The translations under genes were made by a program, and so were the position numbers. Shown in pieces: positions 25,100 through 37,225 of a DNA stretch of 64,000 nucleotides. The notes under the pieces were generated by a model that did no database searches, was not told the origin of the DNA, and saw only the letters and a program-made list of their open reading frames with translations. This DNA is from Antedon mediterranea (lineage: Eukaryota; Animalia; Echinodermata), in assembly GCF_964355755.1 (NCBI RefSeq), contig NC_092673.1, forward strand, positions 6,386,001 to 6,450,000, read 5' to 3'. How positions within the stretch are numbered: the first letter of the stretch is position 1; each line of letters starts with the position of its first letter.

Positions 25100-25268
25100 G
25101 TAGTAGTAGTAGTAGTAGGCCTAGTAGCAGCAGAAGCAGCAGCAGCAGTGGTGTGTAGCAGCAGCAGCAGCAGAAGTAGCAGCAGCAGTAGTGGTAGCAG
25201 TAGTAGCAGCAGCAGCAGCAGCAGCAGCAGTGGTAGCAGCAGCAGTAGCAGCAGCAGTAACAGTAGTA
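25100..25268. repeat. (AGC/AGT)n microsatellite; paralogous shorter tract at 38303-38414
   Basis: Direct reading; source of the poly-Ala/Thr spurious ORF. Confidence 0.93.
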
Positions 25269-25539
25269 TTATATAGTTTTCGAGTAGACTTTTTACTTTC
25301 CTGGAGTGTTAATTCCATAATAAAATTATTTCTTTATTCGATAAACACATTGATTTTTACTTAGTTTTCTATAAATTAAAATTGTCTTGCTGTCTGATAT
25401 TATACATTTATGGCTGTTTCTGTTTAATACCGTTGAATATAGGAAGAACTTGTTTTCTATGGGCTTATTACAGCAGTATTTAATTCGATTAAAAAAATAT
25501 GTAGTTTTGTTTAAATTAATTAACATCTGGTTTAGGTTT

Positions 25540-28500
25540 GAGTTGCATTTTATCTGGTTAGTATTAGGAGAGACTTCTTAGCAAGATGCTTGACTGCTCG
25601 CGAATTGCTGACTGTGTTCATCATCCTACACTCCTACATGATGATACTCCTCTCGCTATGCCTGCACCCGCTGCGGCTTCTACAGTCTAGTCCTCGCTAA
25701 TGATGATATACAACGAGCCCATCGAGTTGGACCACGTAATACCACCAGGGATAAACCGAGACCACTTGTTGCATACTTTCTCAGATATTCCACTAAAGAA
25801 AGAGTACGCAAGGCAGCTCCAAAAGTGAGACCTAAATTTAAAGATAATAACATCTACGTAAATGATGATTTTACCAGCAGAGTGATAAGTAGAAGAAAGG
25901 CATTATACTCATCGATGAAATACCTGCATTTCAACAAAGTAAAGGCCTGGCTCCACCTTGACAAATTGCGTTACATAGATGCAAATGGTTATGTTCGCAC
26001 ATTCATCGACATGGATCATCTTGCCAAAATACTACCCGAACCTCAAGGAAGCACATGCCCCCGAAGCTACTAAGTAATTCTAGTCGTCGCAATAATTTAA
26101 CTTTACTTTGACTCTACTTACCGTCAACCGAAATATTACCTATAATATATTTTTATTTCAAGAATTGTTTATTTTGCTTCTCATTAATTATGTATTAATG
26201 TATACAGTCTCATGCATGCTTATTGCTGTATTTCTTTTTTAGATAACGCTATACGCAGCTATTGTTAATGAATGTTAATTATCTTCACTTACTTCCTTTT
26301 TATGACTTTAATGTGAACTCTGAACTTACTAACAACAATGATATTTCTAACATAACTTTTAATCCAGTTAATTACAATGAAAATGACAAATATGATGAAT
26401 CTTTTGATCAACTAATTAATAATCTCAATTCACAGTCAGTTACCCTAGATGAATGCAGCTTTTATGATTATTCACAATTTAATTCTAAGTTTAATACATC
26501 CTTTAATACTAAACTATCTCTCCTGCATCTTAATATTAGAAGTATTACGCATAAAGTTAATGATCTCGAATGCCTTTTGAATTCAATTAATAACAAATTT
26601 TCCATAATCGGTATCAGTGAAACATGGCTTAATGAAAACTCCCCTATTCCTTTCATTAATAACTACTCCTTCTTTGCAAGCAATAGAAGCAATAATCAAA
26701 TTGGCGGAGGAGTTGCATTTTTTATACGTAATGATATTAGCATTACAATTCGAAATGATTTAAAATTACCAGACGACCTTTCCGAATCACTTTTTGTTGA
26801 GATTGAAAATTCAAAGACAAAAAATGATATTATAGGCATTATTTACAGAGCCCCCTGTGGAGGGCTAGATTCTTTTACTAAATCCGTCGATAATGTATTA
26901 ACCCAAATTAACAATGAAAACAAAAATTGTCATCTCATGGGAGACTTCAATATTGATTTATTAAAATTCCATAACCATAAATTAACAAACACCTACCTAA
27001 ATACCTTAATTTCCCATTCTTTTTTTCCAACTATTTCAAAACCAACTAGGATTACCTCAACTTCGGCCACCTTGATTGATCATTTTTATTCCAAACAATC
27101 TAACTATAAAATAGTTGCTGGTGTTTTACTTAATGATATCTCCGACCACCTTCCTATATTTCAGTTCATTGATCAAGAAATTAATGATCAAAACCTTGAT
27201 GATAATAGCGCCAACTATTCATTTCATATAAACGACCTAAATGCCTTATCGATTGATTTAGAAGGTGAAGACTGGTCTATGATATTTGATTGTGACCCAA
27301 GATTGAGTTTTGATATATTTATTGAAAAAATTTACAAATATCCACTCCAGACACTTGATTAAAAGTAGTATAAAATCAAATAAAACGTTTAAACAACCAT
27401 GGATGTCATCTGCTCTCTTAAAATGTAGTTCTCGGAAACATAAACTTTATAACAAATATATGCACACGTAGTAATAATGACAAATTAAACTATACAAAAT
27501 ATAATAATATTTTCACTAATCTTTGTCGCACTGCTAAAAAGAATTTCCCAGTTTGATAGATATAAAGGTAATCTGAAGAACACATGGCTTGTAATAAATT
27601 CTGTTTTAAATAAAGGTAATAATAATAACAAGCACCCGAATCTAATTAAAGACGGTGATAATATTTACAAAACTCAAAAAGAGATATGTGAATCGTTTAA
27701 CAACTATGTTTCTACAATTGGTCCTAATCTTATTAATACTGTAGTATGCCAACTAATATAACTGATCCATTATCTTATCTTCATTCTGCGTTTGCCAACT
27801 CATTTTATATTAGCCCAGTTTCAATCGATGATGTTAACCTAACTATATACAATCTAAATTCTAATAAAGGGTCTATTACTGCTCGTGTCTTAAAATCTGT
27901 ATCTCCCTTAATCATCCACCAACTTACCCATTGTATAAATTCATCGTTTTTATCTGGCACTTTTCCAACACACTTAAAACTAGCTAAAGTTGTGCCCATT
28001 TTCAATAAAAGTGAACGAAGTCAATTATCTAATTACCGGCCAATATCACTACTTTCAGTCTTTTCCAAAATTATTGAAAAACTCATGTATTCTAAACTTT
28101 CTGATTATCTCACAAAATTTGATATACTTAATAAACGCCAATATGGTTTTTCGAAAAAATCACTCTACATCCCATGCCGTTTTAGATCTTATTAATAATA
28201 TTACAAATTCATTTGAATCAAAAGAAAATTTATTAAGTTTATTTATTGATCTTTCAAAGGCCTTCGATGTTATTAATCACGATAATTTAATTTAAAAACT
28301 TGAGTGCTATGGAATTAGAGGTATTTCATTGAATTGGTTTAATGGTTATTTGAAAGATAGAAAACAATATGTTGCGTTAGGATCTTGTACATCGTCGACG
28401 ATGGATATTACTTGCGGAGTGCCACATGGATCTGTGCTTATTTATGTTAATGATCTGGCTAATGTCAGTAACAAAATGCAAGTAATATCCTTCGCCGACG

Positions 28501-29400
28501 ACACCACCTTATTTTACTCTAATTCAAATATTGATTTATTATTTACTACGTTCAATGATGAATTAACAACATTTTGTGACTGGTTTATTTCAAACAAATT
28601 ACTTATTAATACTCTTAAAACAAATTATTTAATTTTTCACAATTCTCAACGTAAACTAAAAGTTGATAACCTAAATATACTTCTTGACGGAATTCAAATT
28701 GAACGCAAAACTGAAACACTTTTTTTAGGTGTATATATTCATGAAAACCTCAAATGGACCAGTCATCAAAATTACGTTTCGAAAAAAATATCAAGATCTA
28801 TTAGTATTATTAACAGACTTAAGCACTTCTTCTCTCTAAATATTTTAATTTCTCTTTATAACACACTTGTACTTCCTTATTTCCAGTATTGTAACATTAT
28901 TTGGGCTGCAGATTACTCTTCTAATATTGCTAGATTAACTATTATAGAACCTCATCTGAACCCCTTTTTAAACGTCTTGGTATATTAAAATTAACGGATA
29001 TCCACAATGTTCAAGTTGCCAGTTTTATGTTTAATTATTTTAAAAACCAACTTCCTATTTCTATGATTGATATGCTCTGTAAACGTACCAAATTTCACAA
29101 TTACAATTTAAGAACTTTTCATTTAAACATTCCTTTTGCTAGACTTACTAAAACTAATTTTTTTATAACTATATCAGGTCCTAATTTGTGGAATCATATC
29201 CCGCCAAATATCAAAACGTCAATATCATTATTTACTTTCCGAAAAAAGTTAAAGAATCATTATATATCTAAATATTATACTGCTTTGTTAATATGCTTAT
29301 TATCATTATTTATACTCGTATACTATTTATGTTTACACAAAATATTAGTTGTTGTTTATTATTGCAATCTTTAATTTATACTATATATAATGTATATATA
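25540..29400 (+). pseudogene. Decayed near-full-length CR1-group (CR1/L2/Crack-like) LINE: ORF1 C-terminal remnant, APE endonuclease, reverse transcriptase
   Basis: ORF1-like IYVNDDFT..RRKAL (25825-26073). Endonuclease motifs LHLNIRS, ISETWL, GGGVA, GIIYR, GDFNIDLL, PTRIT..LIDH, SDHLP (26262-27362). RT motifs NYRPISLL, FIDLSKAFD, GVPHGSV, FADDTT, FLGV (27746-28988). Multiple frameshifts and stops; boundaries approximate. Confidence 0.92.
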
Positions 29401-30589
29401 GTATATACTATATATATACTGGAATTATAATTTATGTATACATATTTTTTTTTTCATTTACCAATATCGGTAGTTATTTCATTTATAATTATCATGAAAC
29501 TATTGAAATATAATTTAAATAATTTTTATAAAGAAGATGTGCATGCGGAAGAGCGTGAGGGACCGGAGGAAGAGGGCCTGCAGGCATTGGTTAACCGGAT
29601 GGTTCCAACAGTACTGGAATTCCTATGAGTCGACCACGTGCAACGTAAACAACTGAAAATTGAGAATGCACTTCATCAGTCACACCTCCACTATCAATTC
29701 ACATGCATCAGTTGCATGTGGTTGCATAGGTGTTGTATACAGGTAGTGCCAGCTAGGTGGCGAACACAGTCAGCATTCTTGCCCCATCGTTATCTCCACA
29801 AACATCACACCAGTAGCCATCAGATCAAAGTTAATTGTTTCTTACGCACATGGTGTAATCAAATATGCAAATCCGTAAATGCTTCAGTTATTTTAGCTTC
29901 TAGAACTCGGTTCTAGAACTATTATCAGACTCCATTTGGTAATGTTTAACGCAATATAAGGCCTACGTACTGTCTCGACATCCCATTATTATATAATTAA
30001 TACAATTCTAAAAACGTTCACAGGAAAGGTTAGAGAAAAATCACCTTGGGCATGCCCAGACCGTAGCATAACCCATGAGATTTTCCGATGTCCCATACTT
30101 ATATTTATGTATATATGATAAGACGTACGGTACTTAAAAACGTGATTCCCACTAGAACGCAACGCAACCTCTACGCAACGTAAGAAAATGCCCTTCTAAA
30201 AGCGTGGTTCCCACTAGAACGCATCGTAGCGTAACGCAGCGACGTATCGACGCAAAGTGCTGTATTGCGTAATCACAAGTGGGAACCGACGACGCGAAAA
30301 TGCTGCAAACATCACAGGTTTGATTTCACGCAGGCGGGGGCAAACAATTATTGGAAGGGAATTTTCTTACGTTGCGTATATTGCGTTACGTTGCGTCTCT
30401 AGTGAGAACCACGCTTAATAATTGTGTTTGCGCGTCAAACGTTAGTTGCCGTAGACTTTGATGCATACCAAGTAATAGAGATAGCATGTACTCAAAGTCA
30501 TATTCACATCTTAACACCCGCTTAAATATCCGCCAAACGTGGCATCTATACCCAGGAGAACCGAATTCCTGGGATACAAGTAAACCTAA

Positions 30590-30768
30590 AGCTTGGTTTC
30601 CACTAGAACGTAACGCAAGGACGTAAACGAAACGCAAGCGTTTTAACCAATGACAAGCGAAGTTATAGACGGTTAGCAATCACAAGCGAATAAGCCATCG
30701 CTTGTGATTGGTCAATTCACTTGCGTTGCGTTACGTCCTTGTGTTGCGTCGCTAGTGGGAACCACGCT
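30590..30768. mobile_element. 179-bp Harbinger/Tourist-type MITE present only in copy B
   Basis: TIRs AGCTTGGTTTCCACTAG / CTAGTGGGAACCACGCT at a TWA target; empty site CCTAAAGTAAATAAAAGCC at about 19968 in copy A. Confidence 0.88.
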
Positions 30769-31048
30769 TTAAGTAAATAAAAGCCCAAGTAAATAAGTAG
30801 GCCTACTTGCAACCCACGATTCAGGTAAGGTCATATTTTTGCTAATCGCCAAAAAAATAAATATATGTTATAATGTCGCATTAGGCCTATGTCGGTAGCT
30901 TTGTGTATCAAAATAATAAACGCAATACCATTAATTTCTAATGTTCTTTATTCATATTCATTTGTTAGAAGACAAATTGACAAAATACGTAAACATTGCT
31001 TATTATGTATGTTTCTGTTGCCCGATACCGTTGAATATACGATCAAAT

Positions 31049-31089
31049 TTAACCTGTATTTGCATTATCACCCTGCATGTCTGAAAAAG
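31049..31089 (-). CDS. Gene copy B, putative terminal exon
   Basis: Identical to 20249-20289. Confidence 0.5.
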
Positions 31090-32031
31090 CTGTAAAAGAA
31101 AAATTAAATTTTAATTCTGACAATCCATAACAAAAACACCTTATAAACAGAAGAAGAAAGACTGAATAAAAGGTGTAAACTCAAATAAACAAAGAGAACA
31201 CATTTTGAATTTGACGTTTCGAACAATTTCATCCTTTTCAACTGTTTCTTCAATTTTGTTTGTCTATTACTCTTTTTTACAAATATAATAAAAATAATTC
31301 TAGGCTTAAATACAAACAAAAAATAATAATAAAACAAATAAATAACTATAAAAAGATTACTATGAAATAGAAAAATAAATTTTAAAAGGAAACCCGGTTT
31401 ATGGAAAGAAGTATTATGAATATAGGCCTAATATAGATGTAAAATCACGAAACATTCTGTTATGGATGTGTGACGTGTCATAACTGCAGTTAGAAAGAAA
31501 CCAAAGTGATACAAAATGCAAAAGCAAAAGTCAAAAATAAATCAACTTTCTCTGGCAAATGTAGGCCTCGGTTGGTAAATAAATTTCATTTTGTACGTAA
31601 ATAATTGGGTGACAAATTTCAGGTACAAAAAATAATCTAATTGAGCACTTAGGTTAGGCCTACACTACTTTAGTTGCTTCTTAACTTGCGTTTTTGTCGT
31701 AGATGTATTGTTCCCGAAAAACACGAAAATTGAAGATTAGGTAGGCGTAAATAAAACTATTTCCGTAGATAAAAAATACTTCGGCCTAAAAAACGGTTAA
31801 ATTAAACCAAAAAATCCACTGCCTGGCAATCAATTTGACTATATCTTTTGCTTTAAATTACATTTTTTTTTCTTTTTCCGATAAGTACATTTTTTTGATC
31901 CAATTTTTGGTCAAAGTAAATAACTATATTATGTGACAATAAAATGGCATATGCAAAACAAAATTGAAATTTGGAGAACAATAACAGGCATGCATCTTTA
32001 ACTTTTTATTAAAGATTACGATTGAGCTTAC

Positions 32032-32103
32032 GATGACAATTATAACTCGTGCCCATTGGCATACGCATTTGTCCGATTTCACAAGGACTTCCTTCACATG
32101 GGT
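32032..32103 (-). CDS. Gene copy B, EGF-like exon
   Basis: Same as 21232-21303 with one synonymous change (TGT/TGC Cys codon). Confidence 0.7.
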
Positions 32104-32857
32104 CTGAAACAGTAACCAAAATACATTTTAGTAGTCATCCCAAAGCTGGTTCCCACTAGCGACGCAACGTAAAGCTTGGTTCCCACTAGAACGTAACGCA
32201 AGGACGTAAACGCAAGGCAAGCGTTTTAACCAATGACAAGCGAAGTTGAGAGACGTAGAAAAGACGCCACTGTCATACGACGCGCAATTAATTAAATGCG
32301 CAAAATGAAAATTAATTTCAACGTTATAAAATTATTTTCAACATTATACAACTAATTTCAACGTTATAAAATTATTTTTCAACGTTATGAAATTAATTTG
32401 AACATTATAACTGGCCTGAAACTACTACGTCACTGTCTTTTCATCACGGTATCGAATTAGGATTAGGAAACGTCTTATAGGTGGTTTAAACTATATGAAG
32501 TGCTAAAATGATTTAATTGTGTGGTGTGGTTAAAATGGATGGGCATACAATAGATTAGAAGACGAAGTAAGCAATGGACAGAAGGACAGACAGACCAAGC
32601 TGATTTCATTTACCTTCACCCTTCAAGGAGCAAGATAACTATTCTGACATATTTCAGTACCCTCTAATAGAGTAATTTAAAGACCACTAGTCGTTGGTAG
32701 TCGGAGGGGTTCTATACTAAAGACTCCTAAAACCTGGGTCCCAAAGGTGTTCTTTAATTGGATGGAGAGCTGTTAGTCCTTCCGTTTATAGCATGCTCAT
32801 ATGTATACCTTTTTAACACTGCTACAATTATTAAAATACGATAAAAACAATATTTAC

Positions 32858-33317
32858 CCGCTTCGCAAATACTCGCTTTAAATACAGAACATGACACGTC
32901 ATTGTAACAGTATGAGTCACTAATGTACTCAACGCAATTTCCATCACCAGACGGGTTACCCGGACGCGATATTTCTTTTCGTACATAAGTTGGGGACCCC
33001 TCGTGAAACGTCACAAAATATGCATGAATATTCATTAGTCATATCAATAAGGTGTGACGTAAGAATTAAGCTAACTACAATTCGCTAATGCAAACGATTT
33101 CTGTCGAGCCGTCTGTGTAGTCGAGTGGATAAGACTATGGACTTAACATGTCGATGTATGAGGTTCGATTCCCATGAGCTACTTCTTTTACTTTATAGTG
33201 AGAGAGAGATTATTAAGAGGGTTAGGTTTAGTTTATATTTAGGAAGTAGTTCGGCTGACTTTCACATGGGGTCCCCAACTTATGTACGAAAAAAAAAATC
33301 GCTACCCGGACACCAAT
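32858..33317 (-). pseudogene. Gene copy B, C-type lectin exon 2 (NWCPGNPSGDGNCVEYISDSYCYNDVSCSVFKASICEA), interrupted by a MITE
   Basis: Removing 32966-33302 and one TSD copy restores a 114-nt phase 1-1 exon, AATCAG|ATTGG...GCGG|GTAAA, with the C..xND..C..ICE C-terminal CTLD signature. Confidence 0.82.
32966..33302. mobile_element. 337-bp MITE with about 40-bp TIRs, 9-bp TSD and an internal tRNA-like segment
   Basis: TSD TACCCGGAC (32957-32965, 33303-33311). TIR GCGAT..TTTTCGTACATAAGTTGGGGACCCC..GTGAAA. A-box TAGTCGAGTGG (33118) and B-box GGTTCGATTCC (33162). Confidence 0.88.
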
Positions 33318-34066
33318 CTGATTTAATAAGAAATAATGTACAGAAAGACAATTACATTTTCTTATGCTTATTTTTTATCTTTATACAGGATTATACAATC
33401 AAATACAAGAAAACCTGTTTTGCATTGTGGTCCTGTCTTAAATAAAAATAATAAACAAAAAGTAAAAAAAATTAGTTTTGTGAAAAAATCGATCGGTATC
33501 TAGCTTTAATTAAAAGGGGTTTGCAAAAAAAAGAAGACATTTTAACTGTAATACTGTACCTGAATATAAGAAGAACCTAAGTCCACACAAAAGTATTTTA
33601 AGAAAATAAAATATATTGTTGGTTATATGACAATTTACGTATTCATATCTAAATGTAAAATGATATAGCACATGATTATATGCGCTTCTGTTGCATCATG
33701 GGAACGCGTTAAAGACAATGGACTTGGGTCCTTATAATCATGTTGTATAGTGAAATCTACATATTCGTCAACAGAGAGCGCTATCAATTGTGTGTAAGAA
33801 AGGCCCAAGTCCCTGGGTTGGGCTCTTCTTGTATACATACCGGTATTCTATCACGTGTAATTAGTACTTGACTTGAGTCCATAATTCATACACAAGTTAG
33901 CCCTATGCATAAGTGACAATTTTCTATGCTTAACTAAATTTGGCCAAATTCTTCTTCTGATTTTGGAGAGTAGGCCTAATGAAAATAACCCGATTTTTTT
34001 TACTGGGAAGGTGTATTAGAGAAATACTATGAGTAAAATGAGGTATCAAAAGATTATTACTCTTAC

Positions 34067-34327
34067 TTGAAAATGTACTTGTCGTGCCAGTTCGTGCCCA
34101 TTTAAACACATCGTCTTCTTTACGACTACCGATAAAAATCTTTTTATATTTTGACGTCAATATTGAAGTGCGGCGTACAAGGTTATCTAAAACTGTTTCT
34201 TCTTCTACCGTGTCATATGAAACAAGATCACCGCCTAACTGTTGGCACGTTTCTCTTGCTCTGTCGTAGGTCATGGGAGTTGTGTTTATGTAATATTTCT
34301 CATCATGCCATGGTGTCCAAGATATTT
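34067..34327 (-). CDS. Gene copy B, C-type lectin exon 1 (87 codons)
   Basis: TTTATTTCAG|AA...TCAA|GTAAG, phase 1-1; W..WHDEKYY..MTYDRARETCQQLGGDLVS..EEE..L..IFIG..FKW CTLD signature. Confidence 0.85.
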
Positions 34328-34547
34328 CTGAAATAAAAAGTCAACAAAAATACGATTTCAATATTTAGTTATATTTTCCATTTTTCACATTTATTTATAA
34401 AATAATATAAATAATGATAATGAATAATTTAAATAGTTTTGTTTCTATAGTAGTAATCTCCGTTTATGCCATACTCATATGTCGGGTTCGAATATGCGCT
34501 TCATCGTGACTGTGGTTACACACGCGGCTGCGGTGAATCTATTTTTA

Positions 34548-36056
34548 AGCCTGGTTTCCTGTCGACGTAAGAACATCACTTTTGTTGCGACTACGTCGAT
34601 TTGTCGTAAGAAATGCGGATTTTACAGGAAACCGATTACGATCGAAAATTTATAAAATCGACGCAACGTAAGAAAAATGGTAACGACAAACGATTTTACA
34701 GGAAACCGATGACCTAACAATTGTTGCGTTACGACGTTTTCTTCCGATTTTACAGGAAACCGGGATTTTTGATCTTACGCTTGAATGAACGCCCTTGCGT
34801 CACGTTTCTTACGTCTCTTACGAAAGTTGACTTGAAGTCAACTTTCGCAAGAGACGTAAGCGCAATCGTAACAAGCAACCAATAAGCGACAAGAGTTATG
34901 ACGTAATGTGTATGACCTTATAGTGAAATAAAGCCGGACAATAACATTTGTATGTATTTACTACTATAATTTTAGCCCACTTTACAATGTTGTACATACT
35001 TTACAAATGCACAGTATAGTTTCAATATAATAATGTTCTAATCAGGAGTTTACAACTCATATCAAAATATAATACACTTATTTATGGACGTGCAATAAGT
35101 AATCAGCATTTCAAAGAAACCGACATTCTTCTGTTCTATTTGTCGGTAGAAACGTCGCGAAAGGTGAACATTTGCAACAAGATAAGATATAGTAAAAAAG
35201 TGTTTGCTTGATTTTGTATAATTTATATTGTTTTGTTAAATTTATTCTTATTATAGGCCTGTAAATAATGGGTATCTTACTGCGGTAGTACTATCTCATG
35301 CTCGATTAGAGTATGCCTGGGCCCATAGGCCAAGGCCTAGCCTAGGGCATAAGTAGGTCTAATAATAATAGGAATCCCGAAATGATTTGCCTTTTTTTTA
35401 ATTTTGAAAACTATTTAAGGCTAGGCCAGAATAATTAATTCATACTTTGATTCATACAATAGTACATAGGCCTACTAGCCTAGGCTAGTTTGATTAGATT
35501 TTGGTCAAATCAATTCCTATTAGTACAGTATTAATCATGGAGTAAGTTATTACTAATTCTAGGGCCTAGCCTATCTACTAAAAATAATATGTTGGTGTGC
35601 TGCACTGACACTGCTGCTGAGTAGCTACAGGTACAATAACATCATTCAACATTTCACGCGAAAAATGACAAAACCCGCTCTAAAAAGAAACACCAATCAG
35701 AGATGTTGTTTCAAATACGTCATAAATCTGACCGACGTAAGAAAAAAATTTCAACTTTCGTAACAACACTAAAATCGACGTAAGCATACGACGTGTGTTT
35801 CACAGCCAAAATTTCAACTTTCGGGAGCAGCATAACTACAGATGTTTTTCTACGGCCCGACACGATCTTGACTAACGTCAATGACGTCAATTTTTTCTCA
35901 ACTTTCGTAAGAGACGTAAGAAACGTATGAAACGCAAGAATCGTTGCAAAATTCGACTTCTTACGTCGACAGGAAACCAGCCTTTACGTAAAATCGACGT
36001 AACAATCGTAACTGACGTTAGAAAAACTTACTCTTACGTCGACAGGAAACCAGCCT
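34548..36056. mobile_element. Harbinger-type non-autonomous element (34548-35983, TTA-flanked) followed by a second right end (35984-36056)
   Basis: Same TIR family as 21459-22869; CTTACGTCGACAGGAAACCAGCCT occurs twice, 73 bp apart. Confidence 0.85.
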
Positions 36057-36557
36057 TTAGCAATCACAAGCGAATAAGCCATCGCTTGTGATTGGTCAAT
36101 TCACTTGCGTTGCGTTACGTCCTTGTGTTGCGTCGCTAGTGGGAACCACGCTTAACGCAACGCACGACGTATTGACGCAAAGTGCTGTATTGCGCCGTAA
36201 TCACAAGTGGAAACCGACGACGCAACAGTGCTGCAAACAACAGGTTTGATTTCACGTAGGAGGCGGGGGAAAACTAAAAAATACGCGGGATGAACCAGGT
36301 CAAAGTCTACGGCATGCTAACATGACGCGCAATAAGCATTTTTTTTTTTATTTCACGCGGACGGAGGCAAACACATTTACTGGAAGAGCATTCTCTTACG
36401 TTGCGTAGGTTGCGTGACGTTGCGTCGCTAGTGGGACCCTAAACACACCAACATCTAAGATTAAAGTGGGAGATGTAAGCGTGGTTCCCACTATAAATAC
36501 CTAGAACCAAGCTCTACTGGTTGATATTTCGTATAACGTTTGTCAATAATTACTAAC

Positions 36558-36624
36558 CATATGCCATTACGACTGCTGCACACAAGACAATAAATGCGAT
36601 TACAAGAAATGCTCGATTCATCAT
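36558..36624 (-). CDS. Gene copy B, signal-peptide exon
   Basis: Identical to 23377-23443; splices in phase 1 to the CTL exon (G|AA = Glu). Confidence 0.72.
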
Positions 36625-37075
36625 GGTGATTCTAGTATTTAAAAAAAACATATTATTTGTGAACTCGCCACTTTGGACGGGACGAGGTTAACTAACGTGA
36701 CACATGAATTCGTTGGCTATAAACGGAAAAATTGATTAAGTATGCCATTCTATGTGACCTGAAGATGCAGGTTTACAGTGCTAAATTGTTTGAATTTACA
36801 GAATATTTTATGTATACAGTGTATTAGGTACAATTACGGGACCCCACTTATATATTCTACATTTTGTATATGATACGTCAGCAAAAAAAAAAAAAAATAT
36901 GAAGGTAAAATTTCGGACGATATTTTCTGAGCAACAACATTCAGTATTACAATTTCAAAGAAATTCGGCACGCAGAGGCGGGAAGCGCGCTCTTTTTAAA
37001 GTAGATAAAGTATGACCAGAATTCATATCTTAACAATCAACACGTCCAGGTATGCGTTTAGTTCACAGTCATTGT

Positions 37076-37225
37076 TAGACTTGCCCCAAGTCTGTATTGT
37101 TTTTTATTTTTATTTATTTGTTTTTATTTCGACTGCGATTTTTGTATCCAAACTCAAATAATACACGTATGAAACGCCATATGTGCAAAAATATTTATAT
37201 TTTACTCCGTCTGGAGCCCAGACTA
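37076..37225. mobile_element. 150-bp non-autonomous DNA element with 9-bp TSD, copy B only
   Basis: TSD AGTCATTGT (37067-37075, 37226-37234); termini TAGAC.../...GACTA; empty site at about 23898 in copy A. Superfamily uncertain. Confidence 0.8.

Larger units (their letters stand above)
19237..25535. repeat. Segmental duplication, copy A
   Basis: Near-identical to 29822-38683 apart from indels; exact 10800-bp offset over about 20100-21447; duplicated ORFs in the track (20074/30889, 20304/31104). Confidence 0.93.

Noticed and set aside
25121-25318. Poly-Ala/Thr ORF
   Set aside because: Microsatellite translation.
33107-33182. Functional tRNA gene (also candidates at about 24855-24925 and 55985-56045)
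   Set aside because: A and B boxes are present but acceptor and anticodon stems do not pair convincingly; treated as tRNA-derived repeats.
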